Below, in pieces: positions 38,326-48,509 of a stretch of DNA of 64,000 nucleotides. Position 1 is the first letter of the stretch, and each line of letters starts with the position of its first letter. Below the pieces are notes generated by a model that saw only the letters and a list, made by a program, of their open reading frames with translations, searched no databases and had not been told where the DNA came from. Both the position numbers and the translations under genes were made by a program. The stretch is from an uncultured archaeon. Lineage in GTDB: Archaea > Thermoplasmatota > Penumbrarchaeia > JASLWR01. The stretch is from positions 160,001 through 224,000 of the forward strand of contig CAYSHM010000003.1 in assembly GCA_964430885.1 (NCBI GenBank). The letters are read 5' to 3'.

Positions 38326-40023
38326 TCAGAAAAGACCTATAATGTTGCCTTTACCGTCCAGGTCAACATTCTCTCCCGCCGGCCTTGATGGGAGTCCAGG
38401 CATTGTCATTATATCACCGCAGAGAGGCACCACGAAACCCGCTCCTGCGGAAAGGCGGACATCCCTTACCGGCAGGATGAAATCCCTGGGACTGTTCAGG
38501 AGCTTGGGGTCATGGGACAGTGAGAGAGGCGTCTTTGCCATGCAGACCGGATAGCCGGAGAAACCCCATTCTTCGTATAGAGATAATTTCTCGATTGCCG
38601 TGGGTGAAAAATCTACACCTAGGGCCCCATAAATATCACAGGCAATGGTTATGATCTTGTCCTGAAGTGACATATCATCAGGATAGCTAAATTTAAATTC
38701 AGTCTCTTCCATAGAGGCGCGGATCACAGCATTCCCAAGATCCTCTGCACCCTTGCCTCCATCCCTGTGGGCATTGCATATCTCTGCTGCAAAGGCCCCT
38801 GATCCCAAAGCGGAATCCCTTATAATTTCCAATTCCTCATCAGGGTCATCCTCGAATCGGTTAACAGCTACAATCACGGGAACCCCGAAACCTGCACCAT
38901 TGCGGACATGCCGATGGAGATTCATGCACCCTGACCTAACAGCGTCCACGGAATTGACATCCACCCCCTGTTCCTTCAAAGTATACTCCCCGTGCATCCT
39001 CAATGCTCTGGCAGTGGCCACTATGACCACACACGCAGGCCTTATCCTTCCTATCCTGCATTTGATGTTCATGAACTTCTCCATGCCGCAGTCTGCTCCG
39101 AATCCAGCCTCTGTTACAACAAAATCGCCAAGTGATAAAGCCATCTTGTCCGCCAATATGGAGCTGTTGCCGTGAGCGATATTGGCAAAGGGTCCGCAGT
39201 GCATCAGCACAGGTGAATTTTCCATGGACTGGATCAGATTAGGCATCAGGGCATCCTTTAGAAGGACCGTCATTGCACCTGAGGCCTTCAGCATTCCTGC
39301 CGTTATGGGCGCGCCGTTTTTGCCAGCGCCGATAATGATGGAGTCAAAGCGCCTGTGAAGATCGTCCATATCAGAGGAAAGTGCAAGTATGGCCATCACC
39401 TCTGATGCTGCTGTAATATCAAAGCGGGTCCTTCGAGGATATCCGCTCTTTCCGGCACTTTCATCCGCACCTACAAGGATATTCCTGAGACTTGCATCAT
39501 TTATATCGAGCACCCTAGGCCATGTAACGCTTCCAGGATCAAGTTCCAGTTCATTTAGCCTTTTGAACTTGTTATGATACACTTGGTTGTCCGTCATTGA
39601 GGCAAGTAGGTTATGGGCCGCTCCAACTGCATGCATATCCCCTGTGAAATGAAGATTAATAGCTTCCATGGGAAGAGCCTGGGAATAGCCCCCCCCGGCG
39701 GCGCCACCCTTTATTCCAAAAACAGGACCAAGAGAAGGCTCTCTCAGGGTGATCACGGACCTTTCACCCAACCTTGCCAAGGCCATACCCAATCCGATGG
39801 TAACAACAGTCTTCCCCTCTCCAAATCTGGTGGGATTGACTCCCGATACCAATACCATCTTACCTTTTTTTCTGGAGTTTAGTTCATCCAAAAGGGAGAG
39901 TTCCAGCTTTGCTATGTGATCGCCGTATTGATGGACCTTATCAAGGGGTATTCCCATACTGCCGGCCAAATCCTTTATAGGTAAAATATTAGAATTTCGG
40001 GCAATGGTTATATCCGGTTCCAC
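38326..40023 (-). CDS. fhs: Formate--tetrahydrofolate ligase
   Basis: PTRFGEGKT, REPSLGPVFGIKGGAAGGGYSQ, NLHFTGD, GPFANIAHG, TEAGFG, TMPGLP. Confidence 0.97.
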   Translation of the reverse strand: MEPDITIARNSNILPIKDLAGSMGIPLDKVHQYGDHIAKLELSLLDELNSRKKGKMVLVSGVNPTRFGEGKTVVTIGLGMALARLGERSVITLREPSLGPVFGIKGGAAGGGYSQALPMEAINLHFTGDMHAVGAAHNLLASMTDNQVYHNKFKRLNELELDPGSVTWPRVLDINDASLRNILVGADESAGKSGYPRRTRFDITAASEVMAILALSSDMDDLHRRFDSIIIGAGKNGAPITAGMLKASGAMTVLLKDALMPNLIQSMENSPVLMHCGPFANIAHGNSSILADKMALSLGDFVVTEAGFGADCGMEKFMNIKCRIGRIRPACVVIVATARALRMHGEYTLKEQGVDVNSVDAVRSGCMNLHRHVRNGAGFGVPVIVAVNRFEDDPDEELEIIRDSALGSGAFAAEICNAHRDGGKGAEDLGNAVIRASMEETEFKFSYPDDMSLQDKIITIACDIYGALGVDFSPTAIEKLSLYEEWGFSGYPVCMAKTPLSLSHDPKLLNSPRDFILPVRDVRLSAGAGFVVPLCGDIMTMPGLPSRPAGENVDLDGKGNIIGLF

Positions 40024-40192
40024 TAACTCAACCTCCGGGTGACTTAAACAAGCTTCAATGAATACAATTTAAATTTTGGAATTGCATAATCCTATGAGAT
40101 AGATATCCATTGCTACTATAAATTTACCGCCTGTTTACAAGGTATTATAATAGAAAAAATGGATTATTTTACATAAAAAGATAATTATATCA

Positions 40193-41287
40193 ATGAGGCG
40201 TTCAGAGAGTTGGCTTAGTATGAATGACGAACCAGCAAAGGAAAGCGGTGTAAAACGCTTCAAAGTAGGCCGGAAAGAATCCCCGGAAACCTCCGATAAT
40301 ATGGGCAATAAGAAGTTCAAGCTCAGCGGTGGAGAAGGGCCTGAAGAAAAGGGTAAGAAGGGGCGGCTGCTATCTAAATTGTCCAAAATACGCAGGAGTG
40401 ACAAAAGCGGTAAAAAAAAGGATATAAAGCAGCAGACTGAAGAAAAAAAAACATTTTCTTTAAAAGCCCAAGCCGTGAATGAGAAGAAGGCCTTTGCTGT
40501 AAAGCCTCAGACCCAGCCGGAAAAAAATGCGGATTTTAAAGTAAAAATATCAGAAGAAAGGGACAGAAAGGAGGATAGGGGACAAGTTGGTTTCAGGGTT
40601 AGGGTCCCGGAGATGAAGGAAAATACTCCTGAAAAGGAGAGGAAGAAGTTTTTCAAACATGAAGCGTCTAAGGTGAATAAGACCGCTTTAGTACAACCCG
40701 AAAAAAAGGTGAAGAAAGAGTTCTCCGTAAAACCCAAGGACGTTAAACCAGAGGAAGAAATTGAAATAAAGAAAAGACAATTCTCCCTAAAACCGAAAAA
40801 ACCTCCCAGAGAGGAAGGCACAGCGGTAAAAAAAGATAAAAAACCTGAACTCGTATTTGCTGTTAAGGAAGAAAAAGGCCAGGTCAAGGAAGTTGAACCT
40901 GAAACCAGTTCAAAAGTGTTCACACCCAGGAAAAAGGGGAAAAAAGGAAAAGATAAATCCAAAAAAAAATCTAAGGTAAAACGGAAGTTCCCCGCTTTCG
41001 GCAGAGGTGCGAAAAAGTTCGGGACCGCATCCGTTGACAGGGTGGAAGGCAGCAGATTCGGAGGTTTTGTATCTAAACATATGTTCCTGGGAGGTCTTTT
41101 GATCGCATTAGCCTCCATATCGATATTCTTCCTCATGACAATTTTCAGGAACAGTACTACCAATACATTCATTGGCAAAACCTGCTTCGTACCCCAGATA
41201 TTCATGATATACCTGGCAATAGTGGCGATTCTCTACATAGCGGGCCTTTCGGTCATATTAATTGGGATATACCGTAAATTCAAATAG
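40193..41287 (+). CDS. Lys/Glu-rich low-complexity protein with two C-terminal TM helices
   Basis: Charged, disordered N-terminal region with recurring F-x-[VL]-[KR] motif; two hydrophobic segments at the C-terminus. Confidence 0.7.
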   Translation: MRRSESWLSMNDEPAKESGVKRFKVGRKESPETSDNMGNKKFKLSGGEGPEEKGKKGRLLSKLSKIRRSDKSGKKKDIKQQTEEKKTFSLKAQAVNEKKAFAVKPQTQPEKNADFKVKISEERDRKEDRGQVGFRVRVPEMKENTPEKERKKFFKHEASKVNKTALVQPEKKVKKEFSVKPKDVKPEEEIEIKKRQFSLKPKKPPREEGTAVKKDKKPELVFAVKEEKGQVKEVEPETSSKVFTPRKKGKKGKDKSKKKSKVKRKFPAFGRGAKKFGTASVDRVEGSRFGGFVSKHMFLGGLLIALASISIFFLMTIFRNSTTNTFIGKTCFVPQIFMIYLAIVAILYIAGLSVILIGIYRKFK

Positions 41288-41529
41288 GGGAAAAAAGATC
41301 ATTCCCGTAATAAATAATTCAGGTTTCTGCTTCTGGCTCCGACGCCCCTAGTATTCCGAAGTACCATTTTCCAAATAAGATTTATATACCATAAGGTCAA
41401 TGCCGTTGTGCTGTTGTTCAAATCTCAAGAGAGTATATGTTGGTATATAGTAAATATGTATATCATGAACAAATTCGAAAGACCATTATCATATGATAAA
41501 TGAGTACAGAAGGAATGAAATAAAAACCG

Positions 41530-41761
41530 GGGTCCGTAGCTCAGCTAGGTAAAGCGTTGTCAATATACATCTATCATGGATTGAAATATTATCCTTTCAT
41601 AATATATTACAGGGGTCATCATAATATGATTATCAGTGGAAACAATACATTGTTGACTTTGATGATCGTAGTATACTGATCTTCCGGTATAGGACGCTTC
41701 TAGAAAGAGCATCTGGCTTTTAACCAGGTGGCCAGGGGTTCGAATCCCCTCGGACCCGCCA
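41530..41761 (+). tRNA. tRNA-Lys(UUU) with 155-nt D-loop intron (exons 41530-41550 and 41706-41761), CCA encoded
   Basis: Acceptor GGGTCCG/CGGACCC, D-stem GCTC/GAGC, anticodon arm TCTGG-CTTTTAA-CCAGG, T-arm AGGGG-TTCGAAT-CCCCT; splice motif CTAG/CTAG helix with GTA and AAA bulges. Confidence 0.93.
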
Positions 41762-41913
41762 TTCGTTCTTTGATCATTCATTGACGACTCATTTGTTATT
41801 ATCGAATATTGGTCCAAATACTGGCTCATTCAGAGAGCGGGTCTTTAAACCAGGGACTATCAATGAAAAATGGGACAAATATGATTTTATAATTTTTTAG
41901 AGGTGTGGTAATA

Positions 41914-42153
41914 ATGGTCAAACCTGATGTAAGCAAACATGTTCTGGTTCCTGAACATACAATTATGAATAAAAAGGAGATAGAGGAACTTAGGAAGGAA
42001 TATAAACTGGATCTTAAACAGCTTCCGAAGATAAAAATCACTGACCCTGTTGTCAAGCTCATCGGTGCTGACGTGGGAGATGTCCTCAAGATCAAACGTA
42101 TTAGCCAGACCATGGGGGAGTCGTTATATTACAGATTTGTTGTGGCCTATTAA
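41914..42153 (+). CDS. rpoH: RNA polymerase subunit H (Rpo5)
   Basis: HVLVPEH, QLPKIKITDPVV, SQTMGESLYYR. Confidence 0.96.
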   Translation: MVKPDVSKHVLVPEHTIMNKKEIEELRKEYKLDLKQLPKIKITDPVVKLIGADVGDVLKIKRISQTMGESLYYRFVVAY

Positions 42154-42189
42154 GGGCAGACCGCAGCATTATTTCATAAACAATAACAG

Positions 42190-45100
42190 TTGGTAGCACA
42201 GAGTGATAACATGAGAGAACTAGTTGAAGCATTTTTCCAGGACAGGTATATTGCAAATCATCATATTGCATCCTATAATGACTTCCTTCCTACACACGAC
42301 AATCCGAATTCCAGAATGCAGGCCATTGTCAATTCAACCTCCATCGGGGATGTTGACACAGAATCCGGACTTATCAGATTGGATATAGGGACCATCGAAG
42401 AAGAATATATTGACATCCGCTTCGGGCGGATCTCCTTAGGAAAACCGATAATCACGGAAGCAAACGGAGCACGACATCGGCTGACCCCTATGATCGCAAG
42501 GATGAGGGACGCAACCTATAAGGTACCGATATATCTCACATTCAACATAATAGAGAAGAATGTCAGGGGAGAGGAAAAACATCTCGAACCTGAAACCGAC
42601 GTTCATATAGGCGATCTACCCCTGATGGTAAAGTGCAAGGCGTGCAATCTACATGAGGATAACATCGGAGAAGGGAGAGCCGTATGGGGCGACGAGTACA
42701 ACGAGAAGCTTATCGACCACAAGGAAGACCCCCTGGATCCCGGAGCTTACTTCATAGTGAACGGTGTGGAGCGGGCCCTTATATCCCTTGAAGACCTTGC
42801 ACCAAACAGGATCCTTGTGGAGTTTGTCGAGAGATACGGGACAAAACTTGAGGTCGCAAAGGTTTATTCACAGAGGGAAGGCTACCGGGCTCTTACAAAT
42901 GTCACCCGCAACAAGAACTCAATATTCTTTGCGAAGGTCCCCGCAGCTTCAGGAAAGATCCCGCTCATAATTCTTCTTAAAGCACTGGGCATGGATGCTG
43001 ACCAAGATATATCAGATGCCATAATATCCGATAAGAGGATGGAGAACATCATACTCGCCAACCTTGAATCCTGTTCACAGGGGGAGGAGGTTTTCACCTG
43101 TGAGGATGCAATAAAATACCTGGAGAAAAGATTTGCCACGGGTCAGGCAAAGGAATATCGTGAGAGGAAGATTAACAACATATTGGATCGGTCCCTTCTC
43201 CCTCATTTGGGTACTAATTACGAGGACAGGATGAGAAAATCACTCTACCTCTGCAGAATGGCGAGGAACATTCTGGAACTGCATTTCACCCTAAGAGAAC
43301 CCGATGACAAGGACCATTACGCCAACAAAAGGCTTAAATTGGCCGGCGATCTTATGGAGGAGCTATTCAGGGTTTCCTTCAAGGGTCTATGCAGGGATCT
43401 CAAATATCAGCTCGAAAGAAGCTATGTTCGAAAGAAGAAGATCAGAATAAGGTCGGCCATTCGGTCCGACGTGCTCACAAGCAGAATGCTGTATGCATTG
43501 GCAACAGGGAACTGGGTAGGCGGAAGAGCTGGAGTTTCCCAGCTTCTTGACCGCACATCCCAGATGTCAACCCTGTCCCATCTCAGAAGGGTGACCTCTC
43601 CGCTGACCCGGAGCCAGCCTCATTTCGAAGCTAGAGATCTTCACGCCACCCAGTGGGGGAGATTGTGTCCCAACGAAACACCGGAAGGTCAGAACTGCGG
43701 ATTGGTCAAGAATCTCGCACTCACAGTGGATGTGTCAGAGGGATATAGCGAAGAAAAGCTTATTGACAAGCTATATTACGAGATGGACGTTGAGAAGATC
43801 GGCAAGAAAGTAGTCCCTGATACAAAAATATTCGTCAACGGCAACCTTATCGGCATACACAAGGACCCTGAATTCCTTATTGAAGAGATAAAGAAGAAGA
43901 GAAGGGACGCCACATTGGCCCTGTCGCCCGGGAAAGCAAAAGAAATAAACGTTCGGTATGATGATAGGACAAATGAGATATTCCTGAACTGCGACAAGGG
44001 CCGGCTTAGAAGGCCCCTTATAGTTGTAAATGAAGGTGAACTTCAGCTGACAGAGAAGGACATCACCGATCTGAAGGAAGGACACATAGATTTTCAGTCT
44101 CTCCTCCAGAGAGGAGTCATTGAATATATAGACGCGGAAGAAGAGGAAGACATCTATGTAGCTATGGACGAGGAGAACTTGAAGACATTCATGTTCGAAT
44201 TCCCCATGGACAAAATAACCAAGGAACTGCAGACCGGGAAGACACCTGATGAAATAATAAAGGTCTTCAAGGAAGACGGATACAGTCTTGGAAAGAGCGA
44301 TTATTTCTACAGAACCAGGACCGCCGGGCCATGGAAGATAAGGCACGGTGACATCACATACCTCCTGGAAAAGCATGATGATAAGTTCAATGTCTATGAA
44401 GCATCCAGCCATACCCACATGGAGATGGATGCGATTTCTATCCTAGGCGTCTGTGCGGGTCTCATTCCCTTCAGCGCTCATAATTCCTCACCGAGAAATA
44501 CAATGGGTTCTGCAATGGCAAAACAGGCTTTGGGACTTTCATCCATCAATTTCAAATTAAGGATCGATACAAGGCATCATGTCCTTCATTATCCTCAGCG
44601 GCCTATTACCCAAACCGAGACCATTAAATATGCGAATTTCAAGCACAGACCCGCAGGCCAGAACTTCGTAGTAGCGGTGATATCCTACAGAGGGTATAAC
44701 ATGGAGGATGCACTTATTTTGAACAAGTGCTCAGTGGAGAGAGGACTCGGAAGGTCACATTTCATGAGATCCTACAAGGCGGAGGAAAGAAGATATCCCG
44801 GCGGCCAGGAGGACCAGATAGAGGTCCCCCCTGCAGAGGTTAGAGGATCCCGAGAAGATGCAGCATATGACCACCTTGATACCGACGGTCTGGTCACCCC
44901 TGAGGAATACCTCACCAGCGGAGATGTCATCATCGGAAAGACCTCACCGCCCCGTTTCCTGAACGAGCAGACCGATTTCATATCACCCCAGGCAAGGAGA
45001 GATACCTCTATCACTATCAGACACGGGGAAAGCGGTACTGCAGACATGGTTATAATGACAGAGAACGAGGACGGTGCCAGGGTTGTCAAGGTGAAGGTAA

Positions 45101-45864
45101 GGAACCAGCGTATACCCCAGGTAGGGGACAAGTTTGCATCCCGACACGGACAGAAAGGTGTAGTAGGAATAGTTGTTCCCCAGTCCAATATGCCCTTTTC
45201 AGGCAACGGTATATCACCGGACCTTGTAATCAATCCTCACGCTATTCCATCCCGTATGACCGTGGCTCACGTGCTTGAGATGATCTCAGGAAAGGTGGGT
45301 TCCATCCAGGGACGTTTTATAGACGGAACTGTTTTCTGCGGGGAGGAGGAAGAGACAATTCGAAAACTGCTGATCCAATCAGGATTCAACCATACAGGCA
45401 AGGATATCATGTATGACGGTTTGACCGGCAGAAAGTACGACGCGGACATTTTCCAGGGAGTTATCTATTACCAGAAACTGCACCACATGGTGGCGGACAA
45501 GATGCACGTCAGGTCCCGGGGTCCGGTGCAGATACTCACAAGACAGCCTACTGAAGGAAGGGCCAGACTTGGCGGTCTCAGGTTTGGAGAGATGGAGAGG
45601 GATACCCTCATCGGACATGGAGCCTCAATGGTTATCAAGGACCGACTTCTGGATAGCGCAGACGGCACAACGGAATACGTCTGTGGAAAACACGGTTGCG
45701 GACATATTGCAATACTTGATAGACAAGGCAACCTCAGATGCCCGGTATGCGGAGACGGCAGCAGCATATTCCGGGTCAATACATCATATGCATTCAAATT
45801 ACTGCTGGCGGAGCTGAAATCATTGGGAGTGATGCTTAGACTTACACTGGAGGACGTCAAATGA
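42190..45864 (+). CDS. rpoB: RNA polymerase subunit B (Rpo2), unsplit
   Basis: DDKDHYANKRL, CPNETPEGQNCGLVKN, GDKFASRHGQKG, GGLRFGEMERD. Confidence 0.98.
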   Translation: MVAQSDNMRELVEAFFQDRYIANHHIASYNDFLPTHDNPNSRMQAIVNSTSIGDVDTESGLIRLDIGTIEEEYIDIRFGRISLGKPIITEANGARHRLTPMIARMRDATYKVPIYLTFNIIEKNVRGEEKHLEPETDVHIGDLPLMVKCKACNLHEDNIGEGRAVWGDEYNEKLIDHKEDPLDPGAYFIVNGVERALISLEDLAPNRILVEFVERYGTKLEVAKVYSQREGYRALTNVTRNKNSIFFAKVPAASGKIPLIILLKALGMDADQDISDAIISDKRMENIILANLESCSQGEEVFTCEDAIKYLEKRFATGQAKEYRERKINNILDRSLLPHLGTNYEDRMRKSLYLCRMARNILELHFTLREPDDKDHYANKRLKLAGDLMEELFRVSFKGLCRDLKYQLERSYVRKKKIRIRSAIRSDVLTSRMLYALATGNWVGGRAGVSQLLDRTSQMSTLSHLRRVTSPLTRSQPHFEARDLHATQWGRLCPNETPEGQNCGLVKNLALTVDVSEGYSEEKLIDKLYYEMDVEKIGKKVVPDTKIFVNGNLIGIHKDPEFLIEEIKKKRRDATLALSPGKAKEINVRYDDRTNEIFLNCDKGRLRRPLIVVNEGELQLTEKDITDLKEGHIDFQSLLQRGVIEYIDAEEEEDIYVAMDEENLKTFMFEFPMDKITKELQTGKTPDEIIKVFKEDGYSLGKSDYFYRTRTAGPWKIRHGDITYLLEKHDDKFNVYEASSHTHMEMDAISILGVCAGLIPFSAHNSSPRNTMGSAMAKQALGLSSINFKLRIDTRHHVLHYPQRPITQTETIKYANFKHRPAGQNFVVAVISYRGYNMEDALILNKCSVERGLGRSHFMRSYKAEERRYPGGQEDQIEVPPAEVRGSREDAAYDHLDTDGLVTPEEYLTSGDVIIGKTSPPRFLNEQTDFISPQARRDTSITIRHGESGTADMVIMTENEDGARVVKVKVRNQRIPQVGDKFASRHGQKGVVGIVVPQSNMPFSGNGISPDLVINPHAIPSRMTVAHVLEMISGKVGSIQGRFIDGTVFCGEEEETIRKLLIQSGFNHTGKDIMYDGLTGRKYDADIFQGVIYYQKLHHMVADKMHVRSRGPVQILTRQPTEGRARLGGLRFGEMERDTLIGHGASMVIKDRLLDSADGTTEYVCGKHGCGHIAILDRQGNLRCPVCGDGSSIFRVNTSYAFKLLLAELKSLGVMLRLTLEDVK

Positions 45865-48509
45865 GGACAAAAAAGATCAAGGCAATAAGGTTCACCCTTC
45901 TTTCACCTGAAGAGATAAGAAAGATGTCTGCATTGAAGATAATAAGCCCTGACACCTATGACGAGGATGGTTTCCCAGTTCCTATGGGACTCATGGACAC
46001 CCATCTCGGTGTGATCGAACCGGGACTCAGGTGTAAAACTTGCGGACGTAAGGTCGACGAATGCTCTGGGCACTTCGGTCATATTGAACTGGCCAGACCT
46101 GTCATCCATGTTGGTTTCGTGAAGCTTATCAAGGGACTCCTAAGCTCAACCTGCAGGGTCTGCGGGAGATGCCTCTTGAACCAAAGAGAAAGAGAAAAGG
46201 TTCTAGAACAGTACGTGAAACTCAAGGAAACCGGTATGGAAATGGAGGAAAAGAGCATAGTCCAGGAGGTTAAAAGAGAAACCCGTAAGATCAAGACCTG
46301 CCCGTACTGCGGTGCTGAACAGAAGAAGATCCGTCTTGACAGACCTTCCACTTTCAGGGAAGAAAAAGGTAAACTCACACCCGGCGAGGTCCGTGAAAGG
46401 CTGGAGAGAATACCTGACAGCGATCTTCCGGTATTCGGCATAAATCCAGCTGTAGCAAGACCCGAGCATACCATTCTGACAGTCCTGCCAGTTCCTCCGG
46501 CCGTAGTACGACCGTCCATTACCCTTGAATCAGGGGACCGGTCAGAGGACGATCTGACCCACAAATTGGTTGATATACTCAGAATAAACCAGAGGGTTCT
46601 GGAGAACCGGGACGTAGGTGCACCCCAATTGATCGTTGAAGATCTTTGGGAACTGCTCCAGTATCATGTTACTACCTATCTGAACAACCAAACATCCGGA
46701 ATTCCCCCCGCAAGACACAGGAGCGGTCGTGCACTGAAGACCTTATCGCAAAGGCTCAAGGGTAAGGAAGGGCGTTTCAGGTCCAATCTATCAGGTAAAA
46801 GAGTTAATTTCTCTGCTAGGACAGTAATTTCCCCAGATCCCTTCATTTCAATAAATGAGGTAGGGGTTCCGCAGTTAGTGGCGGAAGAGCTTACCCTGCC
46901 TGTCAAGGTCAACAGATATAATCTTGAGAAATACAAGGATATGCTAAGGAACGGTCCGCAGAAGTATCCTGGCATCAACTATCTAATAAGAAGTGACGGA
47001 AACAGGATTAAGGTAACGGAAAAAAACGCGGATTTCTTGGCTGACGAAGTTATCGAGGAAGGCTGCACCGTGGAAAGACAGATGATCGATGGAGATATGG
47101 TACTGTTCAACAGGCAGCCCTCACTTCACAGAATGTCCATGATGGGACACCAGGTGAGGGTAATGCAGGGCAACACCTTCAGGCTTAACCTCTGTTGCTG
47201 TCCACCATATAATGCGGATTTCGACGGGGATGAGATGAATCTTCACTTCCTGCAGGGCGACGAAGCAAGGACCGAGGCCAAAATTTTAATGGCACCCCAG
47301 GAACAGCTTCTTTCACCAAGGTTCGGCGGACCCATAATCGGGGCTATCCACGACCATATAAGCGGGTCTTTCATTGGGACCTACCACCGAATATTCGATA
47401 GATTGCAGGTACTCACCATCCTGTCCTATCTTGGATACCGGGACGGACTACCCGAACCCGATGGTGTTGATGAGGATGGTAAACAATTTTGGACCGGGAA
47501 CAGTTTATTCTCCCTGATAATACCTGATGATCTGAATCTGACCTATAGAGCTTCGATCCATGAGAAGGACATCGATCCGGAAGACGGAATTGTAAATATC
47601 CGGAACGGCAAGATACTCTCCGGAGTAGTGGATGGGAACTCATTCAGCGCTTTCAAGGGTAGAATACTTGATAAAGTTATTAGAAAATACGGAACCGATA
47701 AAGGTAGAATGTTCCTTGAACAATCCACCAAACTATCCCTCGGAATGATATCGGTTATTGGTTTCTCAACTGGAATAGACGATCAAGACCTTCCAGGGGA
47801 CGCATTAAAGCAAATACAGGTTAGCTTGGACAAAGCCAGCGATGACGTAGCCAAACTTGTGGAATCATACGACAGGGGACTCCTATCTGCTCTCCCGGGA
47901 CGTACACTAGAGGAAACCCTTGAAGTGGAAGTGATGAGGGTATTGGCTAATGCCAGGGATCAGGCCGGTGAGATCGCAGGAAAACATCAGGGTCTTGGAA
48001 ACTCTGCGGTTATTATGGCAAAATCGGGGGCTAGAGGTTCCATGCTTAACCTTTCTCAGATGTCGGGATGTATAGGGCAGCAGGCTGTGAGAGGCGAGCG
48101 TATATCAAGAGGTTACTACAACAGGACATTATCTCATTTCGAAAAAGGGGACAAAGGTTCCGAGGCAAAGGGATTCGTGAAATCTTCCTTCAAGAATGGT
48201 CTGAACCCCACTGAATATTTCTTCCACGCCATGGGAGGCAGGGAAGGTCTAGTGGATACTGCGGTGAGAACATCACGGTCAGGTTACATGCAGAGAAGAC
48301 TGATTAACGCCCTTGAAAACCACAAACTTGCTGAAGACGGTACAGTTAGAAATACCGACCATGAGATCATCCAGTTCAGTTACGGAGAGGACGGAGTTGA
48401 TCCGGCAAAAAGCGAAAAAGGGTCCATACTTGACCTGGATGAATTATTCAGGGAGAAGATAGTGTATAATACTAAGAAGGACACCTTTGTTAAGGGGGTG
48501 AAAAACTGA
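45861..48509 (+). CDS. rpoA1: RNA polymerase subunit A' (Rpo1N)
   Basis: [52 protein letters not shown]. Confidence 0.98.
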   Translation: MRTKKIKAIRFTLLSPEEIRKMSALKIISPDTYDEDGFPVPMGLMDTHLGVIEPGLRCKTCGRKVDECSGHFGHIELARPVIHVGFVKLIKGLLSSTCRVCGRCLLNQREREKVLEQYVKLKETGMEMEEKSIVQEVKRETRKIKTCPYCGAEQKKIRLDRPSTFREEKGKLTPGEVRERLERIPDSDLPVFGINPAVARPEHTILTVLPVPPAVVRPSITLESGDRSEDDLTHKLVDILRINQRVLENRDVGAPQLIVEDLWELLQYHVTTYLNNQTSGIPPARHRSGRALKTLSQRLKGKEGRFRSNLSGKRVNFSARTVISPDPFISINEVGVPQLVAEELTLPVKVNRYNLEKYKDMLRNGPQKYPGINYLIRSDGNRIKVTEKNADFLADEVIEEGCTVERQMIDGDMVLFNRQPSLHRMSMMGHQVRVMQGNTFRLNLCCCPPYNADFDGDEMNLHFLQGDEARTEAKILMAPQEQLLSPRFGGPIIGAIHDHISGSFIGTYHRIFDRLQVLTILSYLGYRDGLPEPDGVDEDGKQFWTGNSLFSLIIPDDLNLTYRASIHEKDIDPEDGIVNIRNGKILSGVVDGNSFSAFKGRILDKVIRKYGTDKGRMFLEQSTKLSLGMISVIGFSTGIDDQDLPGDALKQIQVSLDKASDDVAKLVESYDRGLLSALPGRTLEETLEVEVMRVLANARDQAGEIAGKHQGLGNSAVIMAKSGARGSMLNLSQMSGCIGQQAVRGERISRGYYNRTLSHFEKGDKGSEAKGFVKSSFKNGLNPTEYFFHAMGGREGLVDTAVRTSRSGYMQRRLINALENHKLAEDGTVRNTDHEIIQFSYGEDGVDPAKSEKGSILDLDELFREKIVYNTKKDTFVKGVKN

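Noticed and set aside
41400-41705. Hammerhead ribozyme in the tRNA leader or intron
   Set aside because: The CUGANGA core is not present on either strand
41706-41761. tRNA 3' half as the att site of an integrated element
   Set aside because: The matching 5' exon and splice motif are 155 nt upstream; no integrase or duplicate 3' end in the window
41560-41829. 89-aa minus-strand ORF over the tRNA, considered as an intron-encoded endonuclease
   Set aside because: Antisense to the tRNA exon, no LAGLIDADG or HNH motif, and the intron is too short
44185-44400. Intein in RpoB (also considered for the A'' extension)
   Set aside because: No N-terminal C/S and C-terminal HN splice motifs
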